Below are positions 1 through 12,039 of a DNA stretch of 64,000 nucleotides, piece by piece. The stretch comes from Octopus sinensis (Eukaryota). The notes under the pieces were generated by a model. That model was not told where the DNA came from, made no database searches, and was given only the letters and a program-made list of their open reading frames with translations. Within the stretch, counting starts at the first letter, position 1; every line of letters begins with the position of its first letter. The stretch is taken from contig NC_042997.1 of assembly GCF_006345805.1 (NCBI RefSeq), positions 122,822,001 to 122,886,000 of the forward strand. The letters are read 5' to 3'. The translations under genes were made by a program, and so were the position numbers.

Positions 1-282
1 CACACACATATACATATATACACATACACACATACATATACATACACACATACATACACATATATATACACATATATATATATATATATATACACATACA
101 TGTGTGCAAACATACATACATACTCATACACACTCACACACTTACATATACATATATACACACACTTACACACACATATATATATATATATATACATACA
201 TACATATATATATATATATAAATATATATACACACATATATATATACACACATACACATATGTACACATACATACACATATT

Positions 283-324
<42 letters not shown>

Positions 325-345
325 TATATACACATATACACACAC

Positions 346-376
<31 letters not shown>

Positions 377-875
377 TATATATATACCCACACCTACACA
401 TACACACATATATACATATATACATACATATACACACATACACACACACACATATATGTACATACATACACATACACATACATATACATATACATATACA
501 ATATACACATGCATATACGTAAACGCTACCTCCCACATATACATATATATATATATATATACACAACACATATATATACATATATATATGTATATATACA
601 CACACATATTATACCCATCTACAATCTGTATATACACACACATACATGCACATACACATTAACTCTACATACCTACATATACATCGACATACTCGCGTAC
701 ACTCATATATATATATATATATATAATACACATACACATACATATACATATTATATATATATATATGATATATAAATAAATTATATATATATACACACGC
801 ACATACATATACATATATATATACCACACACACACATACACATACATATATATATATATATATAATATATATATA

Positions 876-909
<34 letters not shown>
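1..909. repeat. Compound (CA/TA/CATA)n microsatellite, probably part of the 3' terminal region of the adjacent PLE
   Basis: Low-complexity CA/TA runs; ORFs are Y/I/H/T-only. An inverted copy of part of it lies at ~2420-2860. Confidence 0.9.
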
Positions 910-2415
910 CAACAATTGAGGGTAAAGTTAATTAGTTATTAATCAATTTCACCAGTATTCAGTATGTAAAAGGACCATTATTTTTTTTGAGTAAAACATT
1001 GTCTGAGAGAAATTTTCTTTAGGTAGTGGAAAAGGCTAAAAAAAACTTATTTGGCTGCTATTTCTAGAAAGTTCAGTATGTGGCAAAGTAATTTATTTAC
1101 TAGGCCCTAATTATATAATATTTTATATATACATACATACATACACACATACATATCACATACAATGCATACACACATATATACATATATACATATATAC
1201 ACACACACCACACATACTATATATATATTTCTTTACATACATACACACACACACACACATAATACATGCGTATATTCCTACTATACCCATACAGTTTCTA
1301 TACATATATACGATACACATATACAAGCGTGCACATACATATGTGAAATGTCTTAGGAGAAAAGGTAGTCGGGGGTGCTAGGGGAACGGTGGATTGTGGG
1401 GGTTTTGTGGGTGGGGTGTCATCAATCTGGTTGCCGGGTAGGTCTATAGTTCTTGTAGTTTGCATAATTCTTATGCATGCAATTTGGGGAGTGTTCTGAG
1501 ATCTTGTTAAGGAGAGGGCCTTTGGCGAACAAGATCTCTAGGCTCTCCGAAATGCGAAGGTCACAGCAGGTATGGCCTCCTGTGTACGAACGCGCCTTCT
1601 GTAGTAGTTTCCATTTGGTCTTGAAGGGGATGGAGTTCCTTTTAAGGTACCAGATGTGGGCGGCGAGGGTAGTTTGGTTGGATTTATCCGGTCGCCGGAA
1701 CGAGTGTTTGTGTGCGTACCAACGGGTCTCGGAAAAAGTAGGTATGTTAAGTTTTTTCACATTGTTGTTGGCTAGGTTCCTGGCTAGATTGGGCGTGGTA
1801 GAGTAGGAGAGTCTAATAGTGTTCTTATTTAGGATAGTGTAGTACTTATGTTGGGTGGGAAGTTGTTTCTGTAGGAGAGTGAAGAAGATTTTAGCTATAG
1901 GTGTAGCGACCCTCATTGTTGAAGGGGGTTGTACCAGCTAATGTGTCTTCGTCTATTTTCCTGGGTTGGCGTGGGGGCTATACTAGTATAGGTAATCTTA
2001 TCTTTAAAGCCACTGCGGGCAGGCCTCGTTGTAATAGGGGCTGCAGCCTTAAAGATATCTTCCGCGTGGGCGTTCAGGCTAGAAATTCTAATTGAACACT
2101 TTTTACTAGGTTATCTAATATATTTTTTGGGGGGTTGGATTAATATCTATATATCTAAGGGATTCAATTGGTTTTTGGTACGGGTAATAAAGTGAGGTTT
2201 TTAAGTCGAGGGTGACGTCAAGAAGTTAGCTTTGGTTAAGTTGGATTCTAAGGTAATCCTAAGGGCCTAAGTTTTTAAAGAAGGTGTAAAGATTTTTCCG
2301 GAAAATCCCGTGGTCCTGAGGTTTATTTTGTGGAGGGCGAAAAGGCCGTCATCCGCGTAAAGAACCACCGGAGAGGCCTGTGAATAGGGTTTTCAGCCAT
2401 GGAGGATGAAAGGCC
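910..2415 (-). mobile_element. Penelope-like retroelement, 5'-truncated and frameshifted (RT C-terminus plus endonuclease region)
   Basis: The minus strand gives LYADDGL (YADD at 2348-2359), LDVTLDL (~2200-2222) and WYNP (~1925-1937). ORF 1422-1916 then reads HKYYTILNKNTIRLSYS..PN, RWYAHKHSF, NQTTLAAHIWYLK, CDL..SE..I, LLNK..E...CMH, typical of PLE thumb/linker and GIY-YIG C-terminal regions. Confidence 0.85.
1422..1916 (-). pseudogene. PLE linker/endonuclease ORF remnant lacking the GIY-YIG core
   Basis: 164-aa ORF with PLE motifs; the expected Cys-rich and VY..YxG segment is missing at ~1737. Confidence 0.75.
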
Positions 2416-2431
2416 CATATATATGTATATA

Positions 2432-2473
<42 letters not shown>

Positions 2474-2774
2474 TATGTGGGTAGGTAGAGTTATACGTAT
2501 GTGCATGTGTATATGTATGTATATGTATATGTATATGTATGTGTATGTGTATGTATGTACAATATGTGTGTGGGTATGTGTGTATATGTATGTATAATGT
2601 ATATATATGTGTGTATGTGTAGGTGGGGGGTATATATATATGTGTGTGTGTATATGATGTAATATATATATGTGTGTATATATATATATATATAGATATA
2701 TATGTGAATATGTGTGTGTATGTGTACATATGTGTATGTGTGTATATATATATGTGTGTATATATATGTATATA

Positions 2775-2816
<42 letters not shown>

Positions 2817-2860
2817 TATATATATATATATATATGTGTATATATGCGTGTATGTATATG
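2416..2860. repeat. Compound (TA/TG)n microsatellite, inverted copy of ~170-600
   Basis: The same ordered interruptions occur in reverse complement: CATGCATATACGTAAACGCTACCTCCCACAT (~508-538) vs revcomp of ATGTGGGTAGGTAGAGTTATACGTATGTGCATG (~2475-2507). Confidence 0.8.
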
Positions 2861-5800
2861 CCAACCGGCAGCAAGGGCCATGGAGACGGAGAACCCGGTG
2901 AAGAGGTAGAGGGAGGAAGAAGAACTAAAAGAAGGACTGGAAGAGCTAAAGGAAAAGAAAAAGCTCAAGCAGGACCAAAGTGTGAAACAACCAGAAATAG
3001 AAGTGGAACCGCAAAGGATGGAACCAAACAGCGCACACGGGTGTGTATGTTCTACCTGAGAGGTTCCTGCTGGCATGGAAAGGAAGGTGCAGGCTGCCGC
3101 TTTGCACATCGGGGACCCTGCCACAGAGACACGAGGCAGATGGACAAAACCATCAACACAAAGAAAAGGGATGGACCACGCACCACCTGCCCCAAAACGG
3201 AGGTACGCAGATGTTGTGCGCTCCACAAACAGCCAACATGATGTCGAAAGAGCAGCTGCTGAGCAACAATCTTTTTTGTGCATGGCACAAAAATTGTACA
3301 GCAGCTGACCTGGCTTCATCAAACCCAAGCCCGCAGGTGGGACTACCCACTATATACCAGACCACCACAGCAAACAGACACAGGATGGACACCGCCGGCA
3401 ACAACGTACACTCACCTCGATACTCCTACTGAACATCAGAGGACTGCAAACACTCAGTAACAGGACAAAGATCCCGTTCCTGAGAGACTTTGTTGCATGC
3501 AATCAAGCCTTATGCATAGCACTTACAGAAACGCACCTGAAACCGGACATAGCAGATGCGGAGTACACATACCACAGTATGCTGTACTACGGACCGACAG
3601 GAAAAGAAAGGAGTCATGGAGGTGTTGCTATGTACATCCGTGAGGACCTCACACCCCAGGTCCTCTTGTCATACTCAAACTCGGTGTGTGAACACACTAA
3701 TTGTACATATTAGGCAACTTGATGTAGTGGTGTGTGCTACATATCGCCCTCCAGATGCCCCAAGCCATGTGGGCAATTGTTTGAAGACTGCCTTATAAAA
3801 ATAGAAGAAATTCTAACCACATTAGAGCAACACATAGGTGTGCTTCTTATGGGAGACTTCAATCTGCCCAATGTCAGATGGCCCGAGGGCCTTTCTCTCC
3901 CAGGAATGACAAGATGTGAACGAGGACAGGCGAGGTCCCTCCTGAACCTCATCAACACCCTGTACATGGAGCAGGTAATACTCCAACCAACCGGGCAGGT
4001 AACACACTGGATCTCTGCTTCACAAATGACATGAATCTCATCCATAATGTGAAAGTGACACCGACACTACTCTCGGATCACAACATGATAGAGCTGACCA
4101 TGTACGGGCCAAAAGAAGCACGGACATGCAGCCTACAAGAAAACCCTCAAAATCTTCCAGCTTGAACTACCATAAGGAAAACTGGAAACAAATTGAGAAA
4201 GAGATCCTCAAACAAAACTGGCCTAAATGTCTCTCCTCGCCAGACATCGACGTGAAACTTCAACAATTCATGTCTGTAATGCAAGCCATATGCTACAAAT
4301 GTGTCCCAGAGAGAAAGGCCACTGTACACAAGAACAAAATCCCAGAGAGAGGAAAATTTTAATGAGACGGCGTACGAAATTTTCAAATCGCCTAAACAAA
4401 CAGATTGAAAGCAGTGAAAAGTCCCGCCTAAAAATAAAACTGTTGGAAATCGAAAAATGTCTGCAACTCTCCCCATGAAAAAGAAAGGCAGACAAAGAGC
4501 CTGGGCTATAGAAAACAAAATCTAACCCCAGAGCTTTCTACAGGTAGCCAAAGAAACAGCTACAGTGCACTGTAGAATAGGGCCACTCCTCGAAAAGGAT
4601 GGCACACTTAAGGAAAACCAATGAGGGAAGTGAAATACTGAATGAGCAATTCAAGAGTGTTTTCACTCCACCCCTTGGGCATCTCCAAATCACCAATCCA
4701 ACTGACTTTTTTAACCACTGCAGATATAAAATCAGAGGCGGCGACGATAGATTACATCGATATAAAGGAAGACGATGTAACCAAGGCTATAGATGAAATG
4801 AAAACAGACTCAGCTACTGGCCCCGATGGATTCCCGGCAATCCTCCTAAAAGCATGTAAGAGAGTCCTAGCAAGACCACTGCAGTTCCTCTTTCAGAGCT
4901 TCCTTGCAGCTGGCAAACTTCCAGGAAAACTGAAGAGGTAAAATATGCCCCATTCATAAAGGAGGTACACGAGCGGAAGCCAAGAACTATAGACCTATCT
5001 CTCTGACCTCACACATCAGCAAGGTCATGGAACGAATAGTCAGAAGAAGCTGATCACCTTCCTTGAAGAGAATGACTTGCTGCCCGACACCCAACATGGT
5101 TTTCCGACCAGGGAGAAGCTGTTTAACTCAGCTCCTACAACACTATGACTGGGTGCTGAAACGGCTGCTCAACCACTCAAATGTGGAAGTGATATATCTC
5201 GACTTTGCAAAGGCCTTTGATAAAGTCGATCATGGAATGATATGTCACAAACTGCGTGATCTCAACATAGTTGGAAAACTGGGAGAATGGCTTCATGACT
5301 TTCTGAAGGATAGAAGTCAGGTGGTAGTAGCCATTGGGCCACCTCCATTAACACACAAATAGTGAGCGGTGTTCCGCAGGGCACTGTTCTGGGACCACTA
5401 CTGTTCATATGGCCCTCTCACATGCCCTCACCCACGCAGAGAGCCACGATCACAAGTTATGCAGATGATACAAATTTTCACAGGCAATACAGAACCCTGA
5501 GGACACTAAACATCTGCAATGTGAGCTGGACGAAATATACAAGTGGGCTGAAAAGAATAGCATGCAGTTCAATGCTGGAAAGTTTCAAGCTTTATACTAT
5601 CAGCATGCAAAACTGAATGCAATACCCAATGAATACACTGGACCCGAGGGATTGCAATCCCAGAGGCACAATCAGTGCGTGACCTGGGTATTCACATGAG
5701 TGATGACGCGACCTTTCATGTACATGTTGCTAAACTGACAATGAATGTAGACGGCTGGCTGGATGGATTCTAGACCCTTTAGAACAAGAGAACAAAAAAC

Positions 5801-6448
5801 CATGATGGTCCTCTGGAAGACACTTGCCCTAAGCCACTTTGAATATTGCTTCTCAGCTATGGTCACCATCCAGTGTCAAGTTGATCACAGAACTTGAGGC
5901 GATCCAACGAAGCTACACAAAGAAGATAGCCTCTATGCAGAATGTAGCTACTGGGAAAGACTCAAGAGATTAAAATATTATTCTCTGGAGCGTAGGCGGG
6001 AAGATATGCCATAATATACATCTGGAAGATCCTGGAGGAAGTGTCCTGAACTTTGGCATCGAGAGTTACGCACATGCCAGAACTGGGCGCCACTGCGTGG
6101 TGCCTAGGACTCCAACCTGCCATCAAGATGTAGGACAAGATTCTGTGATAGCCTGGGCTTCCGAGGCCCACAGCTCTTCAATATCCTCCCGAAGAACCTG
6201 AGAGACCTGCATGGGGTGGATACAGATGTCTTTAAAATGAAGCTGGATCTCTTCCTGTCAGGTGTCCCAGATGAACCAACTTCACGGCAGGAGGGGCAGA
6301 TGAGGGCAGCTGCATCGAACTCTCTCATGCACCAAATAGCAGTTGCTAGAAAGCCTCCATGAAGTGAAACCAAGTAGCAACACCAAATGGCGGTGCCCCA
6401 GCATGGCCACAGCTCATAAGCTGAAACTAGAATCAATCAATCAATCAA
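2861..6448 (+). mobile_element. Non-LTR retrotransposon (APE-RT LINE, CR1/L2/Proto2-like group), near full length, multiply frameshifted
   Basis: The ORF1 fragment has a CCCH finger (3044-3109). APE motifs: IALTETHL, GGVAMYIREDL, YRPPD, MGDFNLP, SDHNMI. RT motifs: GPDGFP, NYRPISLTS, YLDFAKAFDKVDH, SGVPQGTVLGPLLF, YADDT. C-terminus GPQLFNILP..FKMKLDLFL..VPDEP..SNSL; (AATC)n tail at 6431-6448. Confidence 0.95.
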
Positions 6449-6569
6449 TATATGTATGTGTATGTGTATGTGTATATGTACATATGCGTGTACGCTCGTG
6501 TGTTTAGGTATATGTAGGTACGTAGAGTTATGTATGTGTGTATGTATATGTACATATGTGTAGTATGTG

Positions 6570-6603
<34 letters not shown>

Positions 6604-8020
6604 ATAAATATATAATATATATATATATATGTGTGTGTGTGTGTAAGTTTATATGTATGTATCCGTCTGTATAATAGGTAACTGCACGTATATATACTTA
6701 ATATTTATTATTTATTATTTATTATTTATTTTTGAGTATGCATTATGAATAACTGCACGTATATACATTTTATTACTTATTTTTTTGAGTATGCATGTAA
6801 GTATGAACATAAGGAGTGGCGTGTGTGTGTGTGTATGTGTAAGCATAGATATATGTATAATTGTACGCATGTGTGTACTTATGTGTATAAACATAAGGAG
6901 TGGCGTGTGTGTGTGTGTGTATGGGTACGCATGTATATGTGTATTGTATATGTGTGTATGTGTATATGCGTGTTGTGTATATGTGTATGTATGTGTGTGT
7001 GTATATATGTATATGTATGTATGTATATGTATGTATGTATATATATATATTATATAATATATATCTATATGTATGTATGTATATGTAATATGTGTATGTA
7101 TTTGTATGTGTATGCATGCGCGTATTGTATGTATATGTATACGTGTGGGTGTGTGTATGTGTGTATATATGTATGTATGTATGGATGTTATGTATGTATG
7201 TATGTATGCGGATATGTATATATATTATATATATTATATATGTGTGTGTATGGTATATATATATGTGTATATATATGTATGTATGTATTTGTATGTAGGT
7301 GTTATGTATGTGTGTATATATATTTATTGGTGTATACGTATAGACTAGTCTTCTAAGATTGTAGACATGAATCTGTAGGTACGCGTACGTATGTGTATAT
7401 ACTGTATGTATGTAGATTAGTATGTATGAATATAACGCGTGCGTGCGTGTATGTTTTGTGAGTTACAATGAGTGAGGTGTGCGTGCTAATGAGTGTGCGT
7501 GCGTGAGTGAGTTTTGTGCTCAAGTAAAGATAAAAGGGACTAGCTGTCGTAGCCAAGATGCTTGTGACCAGCGGTCAAAGATAACAAATTAATAAATGAA
7601 GATAATAAATTAAAATTAGGGAATGGGTTTGTATTCGTAGGTATATGTGTGTATGTGTAGGTATGAATAGGTACACATATGTATGTATATGTTATATGTA
7701 TATATATGTATATATACATATATGTGTATATGTATATATGAGTATATAGGGACTTGTGTGTTGTGTGTGCATGTGTGTATGTGGATTTGTGTGTGTGTAG
7801 TGTATGTGTTATGTATGTATATTTGTATGGTATATGGTCGTGTGGTTGTGTATATGCATGTGTGTATGTATTGATATATATACTAGTATATATATGTAGA
7901 TATATATGTATGTATATGGTTGTGTGTTATATATATATATATATATATATGGGTGTGTGTGTATGTTGTTGTGTATGTATATGTGTGTGTGTGTGTGTAT
8001 ATATGTATACATATGTGATA
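6449..8020. repeat. Compound (TG/TA)n low-complexity tract with short internal tandem duplications
   Basis: TAACTGCACGTATATA...TTTTGAGTATGCAT occurs twice (~6679-6796) and AACATAAGGAGTGGCGTGTG twice (~6806 and ~6890). Confidence 0.85.
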
Positions 8021-8320
8021 GGTATAAGTGGAATTTCCTTATTTACCTAAAACTCTATTCTTCTATATATATTTTTATTCTTTCCTTTTTTTATTTTATT
8101 CTTTTATTTATTCTTCTATCTAATTTACCACTGACTCCTTGACCACTCACCCAAGTATGATTTTTTTGCGCTATGCCTACCCCAAAAGTCCCCCACACCA
8201 CCACCCCTTAAAACTGCCTAAATGTATAAATGCCAATACAATTCTTGTTAACTAGCTTTCTGAGATTTCTCTTGAATGAAACAGTTCTAGTAGTGTAGAA
8301 GCTCCCTCTATATAATAAAT
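8020..8320 (+). mobile_element. PLE-type terminal repeat (pLTR)-like segment with a degenerate hammerhead motif
   Basis: AGCTTT-CTGA(-)GA...GAAA-CAGTTCTAGTAGTG-TA-GAAGCT at 8254-8303, AATAAA at 8314, then (TA)n. Confidence 0.5.
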
Positions 8321-8496
8321 TATATATATATATATATATATAATTTTAATATATATAATTTTAATGACATAAGTTCCCCCTGGCTAAATCTCTAATGTGG
8401 TTGGTGAGTGGAAAAAATGTTTTATCAATAACTCGTCGCACGCACGCACACACACACACACACACACACGTATATATTTATTTATATACATATATT

Positions 8497-8866
8497 TAGT
8501 GGCATGGCTGCGACGACGAGGGTCCCAGTTGATCCGATCAACAGAAAAGCCTGCACGTGAAGAAATTAACGTGCAAATGGCTGAGCACTCCATAGACAAG
8601 TGCACCTGTAATGTCGTTCTCAGGGAGATTCAGCGTGACACACATTGTGACACGGCTGGCCCTTTTAAATAAAAGTACAACAAAACAAGAAGTAAGAGAA
8701 TGTTGTGGTGAAAGAGTACAACAGGGTCCCCCCCCACCCTGCAGGAGACTCATGGAGCTTTATGTTATTTTGCTCAATTAACACTCAAAACGCCCGGTCT
8801 GGATATCGAAACTGCGATTCTACGACCGCGTGTTCGCTGCCCTAACCACTGGGCTATTGCGCCTCC
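8497..8866 (-). mobile_element. tRNA-derived SINE, family A (tail type 1)
   Basis: Revcomp head GGAGGCGCAATAGCCCAGTGGTTAGGGCAGCG with A-box- and B-box-like (GTTTCGATATCC) motifs; same head as 60776. Confidence 0.85.
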
Positions 8867-9112
8867 ATATATGTATATATATGGGAAACAACCTAAAGAA
8901 GTATAACTCAACAGACAAAGAATCTGCGCTGTACGTATGTATGTATATTTGCATATAAATGTACATGTCGATGTTCTTGTGTATGTATATGTGTGTATGT
9001 GTATATATATATATACATGTATATATATATATTATATAATATATATATATTATATATATATATATATATATATTATAATGTATATATATATATATACACA
9101 TTATATATACTT

Positions 9113-9165
<53 letters not shown>

Positions 9166-9748
9166 CTTATATATCTATATATATATTTCAGCTCAAAGCT
9201 GTGGCCACGCGTTTATATATATATATATATATATATATACGCACACACACCACACATTCACCAGCATACGACCGTCCATACGCATACATACTAATGTTAA
9301 TCTACGCGCGCGCGCAGAAACATTTAGAATGTTAAGTTTCAAAAGACATTGAAATCATATTTAGTTTCGATTTATTGGAATATTTTATAATGTTTCCGAT
9401 AATTTTATTTCATTGTAAGTACATCTAATAGATATATTTTTACACATTTTCTATAAATATATATTTAGTTGATGTATTACTTTATTTTTATACAAATATA
9501 TTTAGTAGACATTTTCATAATAAATCAGCCCATAATTCATTATTTTGTTTACATTATTTCTTTCACTATTTGTAAATATATCATTGTATTATTTGCTTCC
9601 CGCAATATCTTTAGACTCCGTCTGGGATTGTCTTGAAATCAATCTATATGTCTGTTTGTTTCCATCTCTAAATTCAGTATATGATTGAATAGAATAAGAA
9701 AAATCACACATATTCAGGCAAGGTAATATGAATAATAAATAGATAAAT

Positions 9749-9789
<41 letters not shown>

Positions 9790-10876
9790 GTGTGAGCGTG
9801 TGCGGGTGCATTTATGTGTGTGCATGTGAGTGTGCGCTTGTGTGCGAACGTGTGTTTGCACATATGTATACATATTTGTACATTTTTGTATATATATATA
9901 TACATATATATTTGTAACCGAATTACTTCTTTGTTTACGCCACAAATAAGCAGGAAATTGTATACAAGTATTACGTAAACACTTAAGAATTCTCTTCACT
10001 CGTTAGTGATTACAAAACGTGAACCACTCAGAGAAGGAGAGATGCGAATAGTCCCGGGTTCGTTCCTTGCTTAGGCACCGAGCGGATGGAACTTACCTTT
10101 TGAAAAGACATATATATTTTGTGTATAAAGGGTATTTTTCTTGTATGTGTGTGTGCATGTGTGTGTGTGTGAGTGTGTGTGTGTGTGTGTGTGTCTGTTT
10201 TTTGTATGTGTGAGTCCGTAGGCACCTACAGCTTTATTTTTTTGCGTCTAAGTTATTTGTGTGTATCAGAAATAGATAAGAATGAGAAAGGGTAGGAAAT
10301 TCAACGCTGGGACTCACCAGTCTATGTTGTGAGGTAGACAGAAAGAACTCCGCTATCATATTCCACAAGAGCTATGATATGACACGAAGCTCCCAAATAG
10401 AGAAGTAAAACAGGGATGGAGCCTTAGGTTGGGCATTAGAATGCGAGTGTCGCATTTTAATGAGTTGTGATTATCGAGAAAAGGCACAGCGCCTTCTTTG
10501 TTCTGACCATTGTATAAGACACGGCTACTGAGTAAATCAAGTGAACAGGATTCCTGTGGGACTGGCCCTTAGTGATCGTATTAGTACTCTTTCAGAAGAA
10601 AGGAAGAGTGATCGAGAGGGAGAGAAAGAGAGTGGAGCCAAAGAAAGAGGATCTCAACGATTGTAAATCGTTGGTTTAAAACCATTTGAAGCAATTAAAG
10701 ATCGGAAAAAACTGATCTTGGAAGGGTATATATCTGTATAGGAATTGTACCTAATTTCCTAGTTTATCCGAAAGCGCATACGTATTTCAAAATATTTATA
10801 ACGTTGACGCACAAAGGCAGGTATCACTTATATGTAATTCAGAGCAAGTACGGATATGATTACCTCATAACTTTTC

Positions 10877-10981
10877 TATGTATGTATGTATGTATGTATG
10901 TATGTATGTATGTATGTATGTATGTATGTATGTATGTATGTATGTATGTATGTATTTATGTATGTATGTATGTATGTATGT
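10877..10981. repeat. (TATG)n microsatellite
   Basis: Near-perfect tetranucleotide run. Confidence 0.95.
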
Positions 10982-11199
10982 AAGGTGAGCTGGAAGATGA
11001 TAAGGAGTCAGCACATAAATGAGGTCCAAGGACTTCCTCGGAATTGGTCTGACACAGACGGGAGTTTCAGTTGTTGATTAGGAGAAGGAAAGACCGAAAT
11101 AGATGGAGGCAAAGAGAGCACAGCAATTGCTAGAAGTTTGAAACAGAGAAAATGAAGCTCAAAAGATGAAGCGAAGGTTTAGAAAGAATGAACCAGTGA

Positions 11200-11560
11200 A
11201 AATGATGGAGAATTGCTTTCATGTGTGTGATTTATGGTGTAAACGTTTGCGTCGTCACGTAGCCATCAGAGAATTCATAGGAATCAGCTCACTGCAAATT
11301 GTGATAAAGCTATTGTTCACAACCGAACGTCTGCAACCAGGAAGCCTGGAAACATGTGTCTTTCAGTTGGAAGATTGAAAAGGCATGTCAAAACCATGCA
11401 TACTTCGGCACTTATTCCGTCTGCCCGCAAGCACATCTTATGCATCATGCAGTACAATGTGCCCATCTCTGTGCGTGTTGAAGATACATACAAGGGTTTC
11501 ACAGTGCATCATCAATGACTCATTTCCATGATTCATTCTTACAATGATTTTGCTCGTATA
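11200..11560 (+). mobile_element. Highly decayed RTE-like LINE RT remnant
   Basis: EFIGISSLQIVIKLL resembles NYRGISLL.I..K; IMQYNVP..V...Y resembles L..YG.P..I...Y. Confidence 0.4.
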
Positions 11561-11650
11561 CGAGAAGGCAGCTATTATGTATATATGCCTGTATGCATAT
11601 ATGTATGTATGTATGTATTTACGTATGTACGTATCTATGTGTGTATATGT

Positions 11651-11766
11651 AGGAAGAGTTTACGAAAAAAGCAAAAGAAGAAGACAGGTGGTGTAAAAAA
11701 CAAACAGAGGTATTAGTATAACGCTCAGGAATAGAAAAGTGTTTTACGTTTCGAGCCTACGCTCAT
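11651..11766 (-). mobile_element. PLE-like terminal repeat fragment (GAGCGTAGGCTCGAAACGT family)
   Basis: Homologous to 30130-30287 and 59300-59572; flanked by TA/CA microsatellite. Confidence 0.7.
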
Positions 11767-11921
11767 ATACATATATATATACACATACATATATATATGC
11801 ATGTATGCATATTGCATGTGTATATGTATGTACGTTCTGTTCTATTCTTAATTATTCGATCCTTGGAATGATCTGGCGTCTAATAAAAATGCATACACAC
11901 ACACAGAGTCACAGACACACA

Positions 11922-11960
<39 letters not shown>

Positions 11961-11969
11961 ATATATATA

Positions 11970-12019
<50 letters not shown>

Positions 12020-12039
12020 ATAGATATATACATATATTT

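Noticed and set aside
100-847. Long Y/I/H/T- or C/V/M-rich ORFs here and throughout (e.g. 6745-7356, 21246-21687, 51899-52358)
   Set aside because: They are translations of stop-free dinucleotide microsatellites, not genes.
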